From an uncultured bacterium (GTDB taxonomy: Bacteria > Omnitrophota > Omnitrophia > Omnitrophales > Aquincolibacteriaceae): DNA of 64,000 nt. Position numbers and translations under genes: made by a program. Each line of letters starts with the position of its first letter. Positions within the stretch are counted from its first letter, which is position 1. The stretch is taken from assembly GCA_964410905.1 (NCBI GenBank), contig CAYPIR010000001.1, positions 21,861 to 85,860 of the forward strand, in the 5' to 3' direction. Shown here one piece after another: positions 8,407-18,374 of the stretch. The notes under the pieces were generated by a model. The model ran no database searches, was not told the DNA's origin, and saw only the letters and a program-made list of their open reading frames with translations.

Positions 8407-10260
8407 TTAATTAACATTTGAATGCAGTCCGCCGGAACCAGCGCGGAAATCCACGTTCGTCAAATCACTCCCGCGTTCACGTTCGCATGAGCAATTCCAA
8501 AGACATGCCGCGCAATGAATACATTTTTCACGGTCAAAAAGCGGAACTCCGCCATCGGAGTTTGCCGTTATGGCTTGCCCTGAGCACATCTCAATACAAA
8601 TTTTTGTTTTACATTTTTTGCATTTTTCAGAATCTAAAAACACAACGTGATCGGCAAAACCGTCGGCGGCTTGAACTTTTCCGCCTAGTAAGAGCGCGTC
8701 CTGATGCGACAAGAGCAATTTTCCATCGTATTGAATTTTAGGCCAACCTGCCAAATCCATCAAATCATCGTGAACGGATGTATTGGTTTCAGCCGCCTTT
8801 TTGCGCGCCTCTTCAATTTTTTCCGGCGCGATTTTGCCTTTGTAATAATCTTCAATGGAAGGAACGCGTTCAGAAACAGTTTTTAATTTCACGGGGATGT
8901 TAAGAAAGCCTTTTGTAAAACCAGAAAGCCCCATTCCAATCATTCCAAGTTCAAAACAAGCGCTAAATCCATCGCGCGCTTTTTCCGCCAACTTGCCGTC
9001 TTTTTGAATCCAGCTCTCGCGGCGGGTTTTGAGATATGTCGCCTCAAGATTTTCTTTTGTCGTCGGCTTCCCTTCTTTTAAAAGTTGAATATATCCTTCG
9101 GCAAGCTGCGTCCCCGTTGTCCATGCCTCATCAACGCCAGAACCTTTTAACATATTTGTGCTACCTGAGCCTTCGCCGATGCGCGCAAAACCGTCGCCTA
9201 CAATAAATGGCTCGCCGCGAATCCCCGCTTCTTGCAAACTCTTCGCGCCCCAGGATTTTAAAGCCGCGCCTTGCAAATGTTTCCACAAAACAGGATGCTG
9301 CATCCAGTGCTGAAAATAGCGATATGCCGTGCGGACAGGGTTATCAAGCCAAGACGGAATAAAAATTCCAAGCGACGCGACGCGATCAGGATATACATAA
9401 AGAAAACCAAAAATCTCGGGTTCCGGATAGCCGAATGTATGAATTACAGTCCCGGGCTGAAGCGTTGTGTTTTCCGGCAAATCAATTACCGCTTTCATGC
9501 CTAGCGCCCATTCTCGTTGATGATTTCCTTCAGGCAATCCAAATGTATTGTCTAATTTTTGCCCGACCGGACCGTATGGACCGTCGCCTACAACAGTAAA
9601 AGGCGCGTTAATATTCATACCCGGAGAAAACGATCCCGTAGGATTTCCATTTTTCTCAACTCCTTGATCAGCAAGTCTAACCCCCGCTACGCGATTAGAA
9701 TCAAAAAGAGGTTCTTTTACGGGCATTCCCGGCCAAATTTGGACAAGTCCGGACCCCATCAAATTGGAACCAACCCATTGCGTAAACTGTCCCATGGATA
9801 AAATCCAACCACCATGCTTTGCCATAAAGGGAGGAATAAAAGGAAGTTTAAACGAATGGTCTTTAAACCAAGGAAGAATTCCGCCAAGAATTCGCAAAGT
9901 TCCATCTACTATTTTAAGAAGCCAAGAACGGCGGCTTGCGCCGACTGGGTCAAGCAGATAATAGACTTCTTCGTTCTTTACGGGAGTCGCGAGCGGAATT
10001 TGCGCTAACTCTTCAGAAGACAACGATTGTTTAATGCCCTTTGCTTCTGTAACTATTCCCGAAACACCAAAACCAATATCATCGGCGCGTTCATAACAAA
10101 TTACTTGAAGAGGCATTCCTGGCGCAACCTTACTTTGAAAATGTTCAGCGGTGGGTTCTTTTTGAATTTCTTGAGTTAACTTGTGAAGAAATCCCGCGGT
10201 AGCCGGTCCAAAACCAACACAAACAACATCAACGTCAATTTTTTGTCGTTCAACTGTCAT
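8407..10260 (-). CDS. electron-transfer flavoprotein:quinone oxidoreductase (ETF-QO/FixC-like) with C-terminal 4Fe-4S ferredoxin domain
   Basis: 617 aa. N-terminal FAD-binding GxGxxG (VCVGFGPATAG) and a C-terminal ferredoxin cysteine pattern (CxxCxxxC, CIHCAACLWNC). Placed in the ETF operon. Confidence 0.8.
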   Translation of the reverse strand: MTVERQKIDVDVVCVGFGPATAGFLHKLTQEIQKEPTAEHFQSKVAPGMPLQVICYERADDIGFGVSGIVTEAKGIKQSLSSEELAQIPLATPVKNEEVYYLLDPVGASRRSWLLKIVDGTLRILGGILPWFKDHSFKLPFIPPFMAKHGGWILSMGQFTQWVGSNLMGSGLVQIWPGMPVKEPLFDSNRVAGVRLADQGVEKNGNPTGSFSPGMNINAPFTVVGDGPYGPVGQKLDNTFGLPEGNHQREWALGMKAVIDLPENTTLQPGTVIHTFGYPEPEIFGFLYVYPDRVASLGIFIPSWLDNPVRTAYRYFQHWMQHPVLWKHLQGAALKSWGAKSLQEAGIRGEPFIVGDGFARIGEGSGSTNMLKGSGVDEAWTTGTQLAEGYIQLLKEGKPTTKENLEATYLKTRRESWIQKDGKLAEKARDGFSACFELGMIGMGLSGFTKGFLNIPVKLKTVSERVPSIEDYYKGKIAPEKIEEARKKAAETNTSVHDDLMDLAGWPKIQYDGKLLLSHQDALLLGGKVQAADGFADHVVFLDSEKCKKCKTKICIEMCSGQAITANSDGGVPLFDREKCIHCAACLWNCSCERERGSDLTNVDFRAGSGGLHSNVN

Positions 10261-10488
10261 TTTTACCCCTTATGGTAAGAGTGTTTTTAAAAACAAATTG
10301 GATTCCGCAATAAAACAATTTGCAAAATGTCGCCCCTGTAAAATCAATAATTTTACAAGAAAAATTCGGCAGAGATTAACAAACGATGCCGCGAGAATAC
10401 GCGGAGGCTTGATAATCTCTGTCGAATTTTTTATTCATCTAACTAACTTTCAAACAAAAACATCAGAAATGGCTATTAGCAAACCATC

Positions 10489-12582
10489 CTATAACGGATA
10501 ATCCAACGCTTCAGGGATCATAACATTTGCAACAGACTCCGCGGCACGATCTTTTGAGAAACGAAGTCCGACAAGACTCGCTTCAGTCTTCGCTCGAAGT
10601 TCCGCGAATGCTTTGAGTTCAGCGTCTTTAGTAATATCTGTTCCAGCCGGCAAATATCCATAAATAAGATCAGCGCAAATTTTGCCGACCTCGCCAACGG
10701 CACGAGCCGCCTGAACACCGCTCAAATCTGAATAGAAATTAACAAAACCCTCAAGCCCTTCAGCAAGAGTAGGATTCTCCGGGCCCTTTGCTTCAAGTTC
10801 CAAAGTGTCCAAAATTAACTGACGCGTTCCAAGCAGCCACGCGATTGCATCAGTCAGCGGGAACATAACGCCCTGACGCGCTCCGCCATAAAGAGTCTTT
10901 CCGTTAGCGTCTTTATGCGACTGAAGATATTCAAATGACAATAGCCAAAGATCTATCGCGCTGGCAAGAGCAATCGCTCCGGTTTCCGGTTTGCTGCCGC
11001 CTATTTTTCGCAGGTCATTCGCCCAGCCTTTAAACTGCGCTAGGAAAATATCATTCGTCATCGTGCGGCTTAATTGCAAACGCTGCACGCATTCAGGACC
11101 TTCGTATGTTGCCTCAAGTTGCGCGTCCGACCACTTTTGAGTTAAAAACCCCGGGCAGTCTTCCGTGATGCCGTAACCGCCTACAAGACTGACGGCTTCG
11201 CGCATCATTGTTGCGCCGTATCCTGTATTCCAGAGTTTCCCAGCCGGACAATACACGTCAGCCAAGGACTCCCAGACAAGATACTGCGTCAAAAGATCGT
11301 TTTTGAGTTCTTCAAAACGCTTGGCATCGCGTTCGGCTTCTGGTTTTGCCAAAAGTTCGATATATTCCAACGCCTTTTTACGCGGTTCAGCAAGCGCTTT
11401 CGTTTGCGCTCTCACGCCTTTAATCCCTTGTTTTTCAAAGAGCTCATCTTTTTGGCGTTCCAAAACGTCAAACATGTCAAAAATTCTCGAACCTTCAAAG
11501 CCGAGCGCGGCACCCGCTTCGCCTGTCGCCCAAACGTCGACAAGTCTATGCGTTGGATCTTCTTTTTGCTGAATGCCCAAGTCGTAGCGGGATGTCCCTT
11601 GTGTTACAGACGCTCCTCCGCGATAACGGGTCCGTTGATAACGGATAACAGGCTCAATCGCCGAAAGAAGTTTCGCGGTAGTCATAATGCCAACCGTTAC
11701 GCGAGTTCTGCGGAACACGGCTTCGATAACTTCGCTATTGTTAAAATTAGGAATAATTACGCCGTCTTTAATTGTGTATCCGCCGATAATGCGGCTTGCA
11801 GGAACACGCAAATTAAAAATCGGGTCGTGTGTGCTGGAAAGCTGGTGAACAAGTTTCAAAGTCGGCGCGCCGCGGTCATAAACTCCCTGGTCGCCTTCTT
11901 CTAAAATAATCATACAACTTGATTTAATACGCGGATCATCGGTGTCTACGGACGCTGTAACAAAATTCGCGTATCCCATATTGGTGATAAAACGGCCGCG
12001 TTTTTCAACCTGCAAAATAGGCTCCTTGCCTTCTTCCCATTCAGCAACGCGAAGTTTTCCCGACAACATACCCGCGTCCACGCCGACATATGGGAGAGGT
12101 TCCGTTAGAGCAAACGAACCGCGATATTTGGGAGCTTCGTTGTTAATTGGAACGCAGCCGCCCTTATATTGTAATTTTTGTTCTTTCGTGCCTTTTTCAT
12201 GAATAGGCTCAAGAGCAAGATTGTTCGCGAGACTTGCCGTCGCCGCGCCCGCGTCAACCCAGCAAAGTTCAAAAGCAATCATGGCAAGAACAAGATTTTT
12301 GGGACCCTCTATGTATCCGCCTTCTTCCGGTTCCATAAACGCGGCTGTAATCCCCGCTTTATCAAACTCTCTTAACATTTCCTGTTTTTCTTTTGTCCAT
12401 TCATGCGTGGCGCGCTGTTTATCAGCAACCATACGGGCAACAACGCTGCGGGCAACCGCGCGAGTTGATTGAATTACCATTTGAAGATCATAACGGTCAG
12501 AAAAACGCCACATAATTTGGCGAACCGCATCGGTAGGAAGAGTGCTCAGCAACGCTCTTTTTTCAGAATTAGTCGTGGTCAT
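10489..12582 (-). CDS. large acyl-CoA dehydrogenase family protein
   Basis: 697-aa ORF with the acyl-CoA dehydrogenase middle and C-terminal domain pattern. Called by family and by position downstream of the ETF genes. Confidence 0.75.
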   Translation of the reverse strand: MTTTNSEKRALLSTLPTDAVRQIMWRFSDRYDLQMVIQSTRAVARSVVARMVADKQRATHEWTKEKQEMLREFDKAGITAAFMEPEEGGYIEGPKNLVLAMIAFELCWVDAGAATASLANNLALEPIHEKGTKEQKLQYKGGCVPINNEAPKYRGSFALTEPLPYVGVDAGMLSGKLRVAEWEEGKEPILQVEKRGRFITNMGYANFVTASVDTDDPRIKSSCMIILEEGDQGVYDRGAPTLKLVHQLSSTHDPIFNLRVPASRIIGGYTIKDGVIIPNFNNSEVIEAVFRRTRVTVGIMTTAKLLSAIEPVIRYQRTRYRGGASVTQGTSRYDLGIQQKEDPTHRLVDVWATGEAGAALGFEGSRIFDMFDVLERQKDELFEKQGIKGVRAQTKALAEPRKKALEYIELLAKPEAERDAKRFEELKNDLLTQYLVWESLADVYCPAGKLWNTGYGATMMREAVSLVGGYGITEDCPGFLTQKWSDAQLEATYEGPECVQRLQLSRTMTNDIFLAQFKGWANDLRKIGGSKPETGAIALASAIDLWLLSFEYLQSHKDANGKTLYGGARQGVMFPLTDAIAWLLGTRQLILDTLELEAKGPENPTLAEGLEGFVNFYSDLSGVQAARAVGEVGKICADLIYGYLPAGTDITKDAELKAFAELRAKTEASLVGLRFSKDRAAESVANVMIPEALDYPL

Positions 12583-12618
12583 TAAATTGTTCCTTTCTTA
12601 ATTGGTGTTACAGACAAA

Positions 12619-12651
12619 AAAATCCCCGCAAAACAAAAGGGATTTGGATAG
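12619..12651 (-). terminator. candidate intrinsic terminator (7-bp stem AAATCCC/GGGATTT plus T7 on the minus strand) downstream of the R-M island
   Basis: The minus strand reads ccAAATCCCttttgttttgcgGGGATTTttttgtctg. The weak, AT-rich stem limits confidence. Confidence 0.3.
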
Positions 12652-12729
12652 GAAAGCCGATCCAAGAGTTAAAAAGTAGAGTGATATTATTCAAAAACAA
12701 CTCTAGTTGCAAGAAAAAATAAGGGCAGT

Positions 12730-13470
12730 TTAAACGTTGTCTATGATTAACTTCAAAATCTCTAAAACATCGTGCTTATGCGCAACCGACAACATTCCAA
12801 ACAGCCTAAAAATTTCAAGAAACACGTCCGCATTGCTGTCATCAATTACAAATTCAGCCTCTTCTTTTTGTTCTGCCGTTCTGCCAATTAGCACAGTGTC
12901 TGTCTTCAGTTTTGTTATTGGGAAACACAAATAAAGCATAGGCATAATCCCAACTGCATACTGCTTTTCTCTTGTAATTATTTCAACGACAATATCAAAA
13001 TCTCCAAATTTATGAACTAGCAATGGATATTCGACACTAGATGTTTCAAAAGTAATTTCATTTAATAGAATTTTAACCGGATTTGTCCGCTTTATTTTGA
13101 GTTCGTTTTCCAAAAGATTAAAATCCTCACCAGCATTAACAAAATTTATCAATTTATTTATTTTTTGCTTATCGATTAAACCGTTCTTCGCTAAGTGAAA
13201 AACATACTCTGAAAGTTCATAAAGAGATTTCCGTTTACTATTCGCGCCAGTAAAAGTTAAGTCTTGCAAAGATGTTGTTTTCTTACCTTTTTCGATATCA
13301 GACAAAATTGCGTCATAACCAATTTGCCATTCGACATACATATCCTGAGAAAATGGCGTTTGACGAGTTGCGACAGAAAAACCATATTCATAAATCATTT
13401 TCCGTCTTTTAATTCTGACTTTGCCATTGGTTGTAACTAGTGGGATTTTAATTTTGTATTGGTAACTCAT
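12730..13470 (-). CDS. hypothetical protein, candidate type II restriction endonuclease partnering the adjacent methyltransferase
   Basis: 246-aa ORF in an AT-rich island. Its start overlaps the stop of the upstream methyltransferase by 4 nt. No recognisable family; a possible D...E..K-like segment (GDFDIVVEIITREK) is present. Confidence 0.45.
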   Translation of the reverse strand: MSYQYKIKIPLVTTNGKVRIKRRKMIYEYGFSVATRQTPFSQDMYVEWQIGYDAILSDIEKGKKTTSLQDLTFTGANSKRKSLYELSEYVFHLAKNGLIDKQKINKLINFVNAGEDFNLLENELKIKRTNPVKILLNEITFETSSVEYPLLVHKFGDFDIVVEIITREKQYAVGIMPMLYLCFPITKLKTDTVLIGRTAEQKEEAEFVIDDSNADVFLEIFRLFGMLSVAHKHDVLEILKLIIDNV

Positions 13471-14630
13471 AGCAAAATTGTCCGCTTAAATAGCTTGTCA
13501 AAATAAATGTTAACTCTTTGTTTTGATAGTTGAATTTGGGCATCATCTATTTGGCTTGTTCCAAATATATCCGGATGCTTCGCACGCGATAAAATTTCAA
13601 AATCTTTTCTATAGACCTTAAATGCCTCATTATTAATAGGCACGTTTAGATTCCCCATATAGTAAGGCAGTCTTTCAGCATAGTCTTTAAAAATATCAAC
13701 ATATTGATAATATTCAAGTTTGCTAGACTTAACCTGAACAGCATTTGGAATATCTTCCTTAATGAATGTTCTGCTTCGTTTTAGTGCATTGATGTCTCGC
13801 ATAGTATAAAAAAGAAAGCCCTTCCAATTCTGCCTTTTATATCTACTAGGATACTTATCCAAATAGTTATCAATATAATCAAATTGATTTAATGAAAATG
13901 TCAAACCTTCCAGAGTTTTAAAACTCCAAGCCTCAACATCCTTAAAGGTCATTCCATGTCCATCTTTTTTATAAATAGCAATAACTATTGGGAAACCAGT
14001 CATTTTGGAGACTTCAGAAAATTCTTGGCTTGAAAACACCAAAGTATCAAGCAATTTATAATTATTTAAAAATGGTTTGAGGCTATTAAAATTAGTTTTT
14101 TTGATTAAATAGGATAGCGGATGCAAAACCGCAACAAATTCGGGCTTTAATTTATTATAAGCAAGCAAAGACGACAAACCAATGTCTCGCGATTCAATGT
14201 CTTTATCAACAGGATACCTAGCCTCAGTTTTTATATCGCATTTAACATGCGAAGTTTTATCGTTATAAGGCGGATTCCCGACCAAAATAACTTTTGCATA
14301 ATCGCTGATACCATAATTAATTCTATTAACTCGATGCAAAGCATTTTGTTTTAAAAAAGTAATTTCTGGGAAATTAGATTTTGCAGTTTCTAGCGCCATT
14401 AAATCAATATCTGCACCAACACATCTAACTTGGAGAGGCAAATCAACATTAAAAAAAGCTCCATATCCACAGCTTGGTTCTAATAAAACATCACAGCTTT
14501 CAAAAGCATTATATTTGTTTAGCAACTCGTACGTTTTAGAAACAAGTTTTTGCGGTGTATAGAAACTGCCTAAATTTGTCTTATCACTATAACTTAAATG
14601 CCTCGCTGTTTTATCTAATAAATTTTGCAT
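13467..14630 (-). CDS. gamma-class N6-adenine DNA methyltransferase (TaqI/Eco57I-like)
   Basis: Motif X GSFYTPQKLV, motif I LEPSCGYGAFF and motif IV VGNPPY occur in the gamma-class order. The C-terminal ~250 aa are a candidate target-recognition domain. Confidence 0.8.
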   Translation of the reverse strand: MQNLLDKTARHLSYSDKTNLGSFYTPQKLVSKTYELLNKYNAFESCDVLLEPSCGYGAFFNVDLPLQVRCVGADIDLMALETAKSNFPEITFLKQNALHRVNRINYGISDYAKVILVGNPPYNDKTSHVKCDIKTEARYPVDKDIESRDIGLSSLLAYNKLKPEFVAVLHPLSYLIKKTNFNSLKPFLNNYKLLDTLVFSSQEFSEVSKMTGFPIVIAIYKKDGHGMTFKDVEAWSFKTLEGLTFSLNQFDYIDNYLDKYPSRYKRQNWKGFLFYTMRDINALKRSRTFIKEDIPNAVQVKSSKLEYYQYVDIFKDYAERLPYYMGNLNVPINNEAFKVYRKDFEILSRAKHPDIFGTSQIDDAQIQLSKQRVNIYFDKLFKRTILL

Positions 14631-14704
14631 ATTAATTTTCTCAATATTATTGTTTTAAATAATATTAATATTATATATTTGCCAACACAGTTGTCTAGCC
14701 TTTA

Positions 14705-16723
14705 TTACTTTCCCCAGCGGAACATCAACGCGCCAAGCGGCGGAATACTTATGTTCATTGAAAACGGTCTATATTGCCAAGCCGTCGACTCCGCGTGAAC
14801 GCCGCCCAAATTCCCAATTCCGCAGCCTCCATATTCATTTCCTTGGGAATTTAAAATCTCTTTGTAATATCCCCAGCGCGGAACGCCCACTCGATAATTA
14901 CGCAAAACCACGGGTGTCATATTAAATACAAAAATAAGCACGGATTTTCTGTCCCGAGACCAACGCAAGAAACTTATAACCGAATGGGCGCTATCCGAGT
15001 GGTCTATCCACTCAAAAAGCTCCGGCGAATCATCAGTTTCATAAAGCGCGGGATTCGCGCGGTAAATACGATTCAAATCTCTGACAAATTCACTGATAAG
15101 ATGATGCGCGGGCGACTTTGTCAGGTGCCAATCAAGCGACTGCGCGTAATTCCATTCATTTCTCTGGGCGAAATCCGTCCCCATAAACAAAAGTTTTTTA
15201 CCGGGAAAAGCAAACATATAACTTAAAAAAAGCCTGCTTCCAGAAAACTTCCGCCAATCGCTGCCGGGCATTTTTTCAAGCAAAGACCGTTTGCCATAAA
15301 CAAGTTCATCATGCGAAATGGGCAAAATATAGTTCTCGGAAAACGCGTAGCCCGCTGAAAACGGGAAAACGTCTTGATGCCATTTACGATAAATCGGGTC
15401 TTTTGAAAAGTATTCAATTGTGTCGTGCATCCAGCCCATATTCCATTTCATGCTGAATCCAAGACCGCCAAGATGAACGGGCTTTGACACCGCGGGCCAC
15501 GCCGTGGACTCTTCGGCAATAGTCAAAACTCCAGGATATTTTGCGTGAACAACTCGGTTTAGACGCTTCAGAAACTCTATCGCTTCAAGATTTTCTCTGC
15601 CGCCGTATTTGTTCGCTTCCCATTCGCCGTCTTTCCTCGAATAATTTAGATAAAGCATGCAGGACACCGCGTCCACTCTGAGTCCGTCGACGTGATATTT
15701 GTCCAGCCAGAACAGCGCGTTAGAAATAAGAAAATTATCAACCTCGCGGCGCCCAAAATCGAACACCAAAGTTCCCCATTCTTTTTGCTCGGCGCGCCGC
15801 CAATTCGGAGACGAATAAATCGGCGTTCCGTCAAAATCAAAAAGCCCGTGTCCATCGCGGGGAAAATGCGCCGGCACCCAATCCAAAATCACGCCTATTC
15901 CGTGCTGATGGCAATAATCCACAAAATACATCAAATCTTCTGGCGAACCATAACGCTTCGTAGGCGCGTAATAATTGATGACTTGATAACCCCAAGATTC
16001 ATCCAACGGATACTCCATAACAGGCATCAGTTCTATATGCGTGTAGCCCATGTATTGAACATATTCAACTAGTTGGCGCGCGAGATCTCGATAGTTCAAA
16101 AATCCCCAGCCGTTTTCGCCGTCTCGTTTCCACGACCCCAAATGGACCTCATAAATCGATATTGGCGAAGTTTGCGTTTTTTTATTGTTTCGTTCTTCAA
16201 GCCACTCGCGATCGTTCCATTTATATTTGGCGAGAGAAGAAACTACGGCAGCGGTTTTTGGACGCAGTTCGGTTTCAAACGCGTAAGGATCCGTTTTAAA
16301 CAAGACGGCATCGGTTTCTTTAGAACGAATCGCAAACTTATAAAGCGCGCCATCCCGAAGTTTTGGAATAAAAATAACCCACATGCCAGAAAATGGAATT
16401 TGCGACATCAAATGTTTCTCTGCGTTCCATTTATTAAAATCGCCGACAACTGAAACCGATTTCGCGTTCGGCGCCCATACGGTAAAAAGCACGCCCTTTT
16501 CGCCTTTTATCACGACAGGGTGCGCGCCCATTTTTTCATAACTTCTATAGTGACTTCCTTCATTCAAAAGATAGAGGTCATAATCGCTGATAGAAACGGG
16601 AAATGACGCGGACTTTTTATTTTTTATTCTTGCCGCGCGCAAAGGTTTAGAAACCGTAATGCTTTTTCGTTTCGCTGATTTTATTTTTCTTGTTTTTATT
16701 TTTTTTCGGTTTTTATAATTCAT
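14705..16723 (-). CDS. glgB: 1,4-alpha-glucan branching enzyme
   Basis: 672 aa with the GH13 branching-enzyme pattern (…YLLNEGSHYRSYEKMGAHP…, catalytic core). A ~40-aa Lys/Arg-rich N-terminal extension is present. Confidence 0.9.
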   Translation of the reverse strand: MNYKNRKKIKTRKIKSAKRKSITVSKPLRAARIKNKKSASFPVSISDYDLYLLNEGSHYRSYEKMGAHPVVIKGEKGVLFTVWAPNAKSVSVVGDFNKWNAEKHLMSQIPFSGMWVIFIPKLRDGALYKFAIRSKETDAVLFKTDPYAFETELRPKTAAVVSSLAKYKWNDREWLEERNNKKTQTSPISIYEVHLGSWKRDGENGWGFLNYRDLARQLVEYVQYMGYTHIELMPVMEYPLDESWGYQVINYYAPTKRYGSPEDLMYFVDYCHQHGIGVILDWVPAHFPRDGHGLFDFDGTPIYSSPNWRRAEQKEWGTLVFDFGRREVDNFLISNALFWLDKYHVDGLRVDAVSCMLYLNYSRKDGEWEANKYGGRENLEAIEFLKRLNRVVHAKYPGVLTIAEESTAWPAVSKPVHLGGLGFSMKWNMGWMHDTIEYFSKDPIYRKWHQDVFPFSAGYAFSENYILPISHDELVYGKRSLLEKMPGSDWRKFSGSRLFLSYMFAFPGKKLLFMGTDFAQRNEWNYAQSLDWHLTKSPAHHLISEFVRDLNRIYRANPALYETDDSPELFEWIDHSDSAHSVISFLRWSRDRKSVLIFVFNMTPVVLRNYRVGVPRWGYYKEILNSQGNEYGGCGIGNLGGVHAESTAWQYRPFSMNISIPPLGALMFRWGK

Positions 16724-17074
16724 GTTAACTCATATTGGTTATGGATGAGGTGTAATAGCAACATTTGTTATATTCGATTTTTTAGGACCATAACATCAAA
16801 AAAGTTTGCAAGCAGCCGGCGTATTATTTTGCGCGTATGCCTCAAAAACTTTCTGGGTTAAATTAAATGGATTAGATATAGAACTATACGCATGTGTATT
16901 TAATAACGGATGTTTGGGATTAACAGGATTATGTCCTAAAATCTCTGTAAAAGATGAATCTTTGATTATATTATTTTCTTCCATAATAGTTTCTCCTCTC
17001 TATCGCAGAAAACTCTACCGTAAGTGGGCGTTGTATACAAGTGGGCTTTCCTCACGCGCGATTAACGCAACAAA

Positions 17075-18370
17075 TCACTCAGGTATGGCGCTGGGAAGCC
17101 CGCCTGCGCCATGCGGTAAGATTCCTTTTTTTATGTAAACAGCGCGCACAAGCTGCCTCATATCAGGCAATTTTTTTATAAACACAAATGCCGCTATTAA
17201 ACTTAAAGATGTGCAAATAAAAAGCGTCAAGGGAGCGCCAATTTTCGTGGCAATCCAGCCCGACATTAAACTGCCAAACGGCATAGAACCAAAAAACGAC
17301 AATGTATAAAGTCCCATTAAGCGTCCGCGTTTATTTTCGTCAACAATTGTTTGCAAAACGGTGTTGCAAGCAGCCATGTTGCACATAATCGCAAAACCTC
17401 CTATCATCAAAAAAACAGTGGCGGCGGACAACGACTTTAAAAATGCGAAACTCATCACCGCCAAACTATAAAGCGCGGCACTCCAGCCAATCATTTTTAT
17501 AAGTCCCAAAACATTTTTTCGCGCGGCTAAAAAAAGAGCGCCCAATAACGCCCCAAATCCAAAAACTCCCATCAAAAATCCCAAAGTCTGCGGTCCTCCC
17601 CCAAAAATATCCCGCGCGTAAACCGGCATCAAAACTTGAAGCGGAATTCCAAAAAGACTGACAATCCCAAGCAGCGTTAAAATTCGTCGTATGGGCAAAG
17701 AATTATAGGCATATTTTACGCCTTCTTTAAGTTCATCAATAATATGTTTAGGTTCACTTGTAGGGTTTCGTTTTATATTTAAAATTTTTATACAAATAAG
17801 CACTGGAATATAAGACGCGGCGTTTATCATAAAACAAATCTTTTCGCCCGCCGCCACTATTAAGAATCCGGCAATCGCGGGACCGGCAAGCCGCGCGGCA
17901 TTAAACATGGAAGATGAAAGCGCTATTGCGTTTCCCAAGTCCGCGCGGTTATCCAGCATATCAATCGTCAGCGATTGTCTATTGGGAATATCAAAAGCAA
18001 ACAAAATCCCAAGCCATGTCCCCAGCACCATAATGTGCCAAACTTCGATCAAATCAAATGAAACAAGGATGCTGAGAATTGTTGCCTGCACCATAAACAG
18101 CGCCTGCGTAATGAAGAGAATTTTTTTCCGGTCGAATCGGTCGGCTAAAACGCCGCCAAACGAGGTAAGAAAAGCCGAAGGCACTTGTTCCAAAAAGCTC
18201 GCAATTCCCAAGAGAAACGGTGATCCGGTTAAGCGATAAATAAGCCAACTGATTGCGGTTTGCTGCATCCAAGTCCCAACAAGCGAAGCGCTTTGCCCAC
18301 AAAAAAATATACGGTAATTTCGGTTGCGAAGGGCTCTGAAAATCTGTGGTGAATTAAAATGCATTTTCAT
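17075..18370 (-). CDS. MFS transporter
   Basis: Polytopic membrane protein with the MFS pattern. The track start at 18451 overlaps the upstream gene, so the start is trimmed to the MKMHF Met at 18370. Confidence 0.75.
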   Translation of the reverse strand: MKMHFNSPQIFRALRNRNYRIFFCGQSASLVGTWMQQTAISWLIYRLTGSPFLLGIASFLEQVPSAFLTSFGGVLADRFDRKKILFITQALFMVQATILSILVSFDLIEVWHIMVLGTWLGILFAFDIPNRQSLTIDMLDNRADLGNAIALSSSMFNAARLAGPAIAGFLIVAAGEKICFMINAASYIPVLICIKILNIKRNPTSEPKHIIDELKEGVKYAYNSLPIRRILTLLGIVSLFGIPLQVLMPVYARDIFGGGPQTLGFLMGVFGFGALLGALFLAARKNVLGLIKMIGWSAALYSLAVMSFAFLKSLSAATVFLMIGGFAIMCNMAACNTVLQTIVDENKRGRLMGLYTLSFFGSMPFGSLMSGWIATKIGAPLTLFICTSLSLIAAFVFIKKLPDMRQLVRAVYIKKGILPHGAGGLPSAIPE

Positions 18371-18374
18371 TTTA

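Noticed and set aside
12583-14704. Mobile-element calls for the two R-M islands
   Set aside because: No integrase, transposase, inverted terminal repeats or flanking direct repeats were found at either island boundary. Only compositional and contextual evidence of acquisition exists, so the islands are not annotated as mobile elements.
16796-16984. 62-aa minus-strand ORF upstream of glgB
   Set aside because: No recognisable motif and no ribosome-binding site checked; it could be a real small protein, but sequence alone cannot support it.
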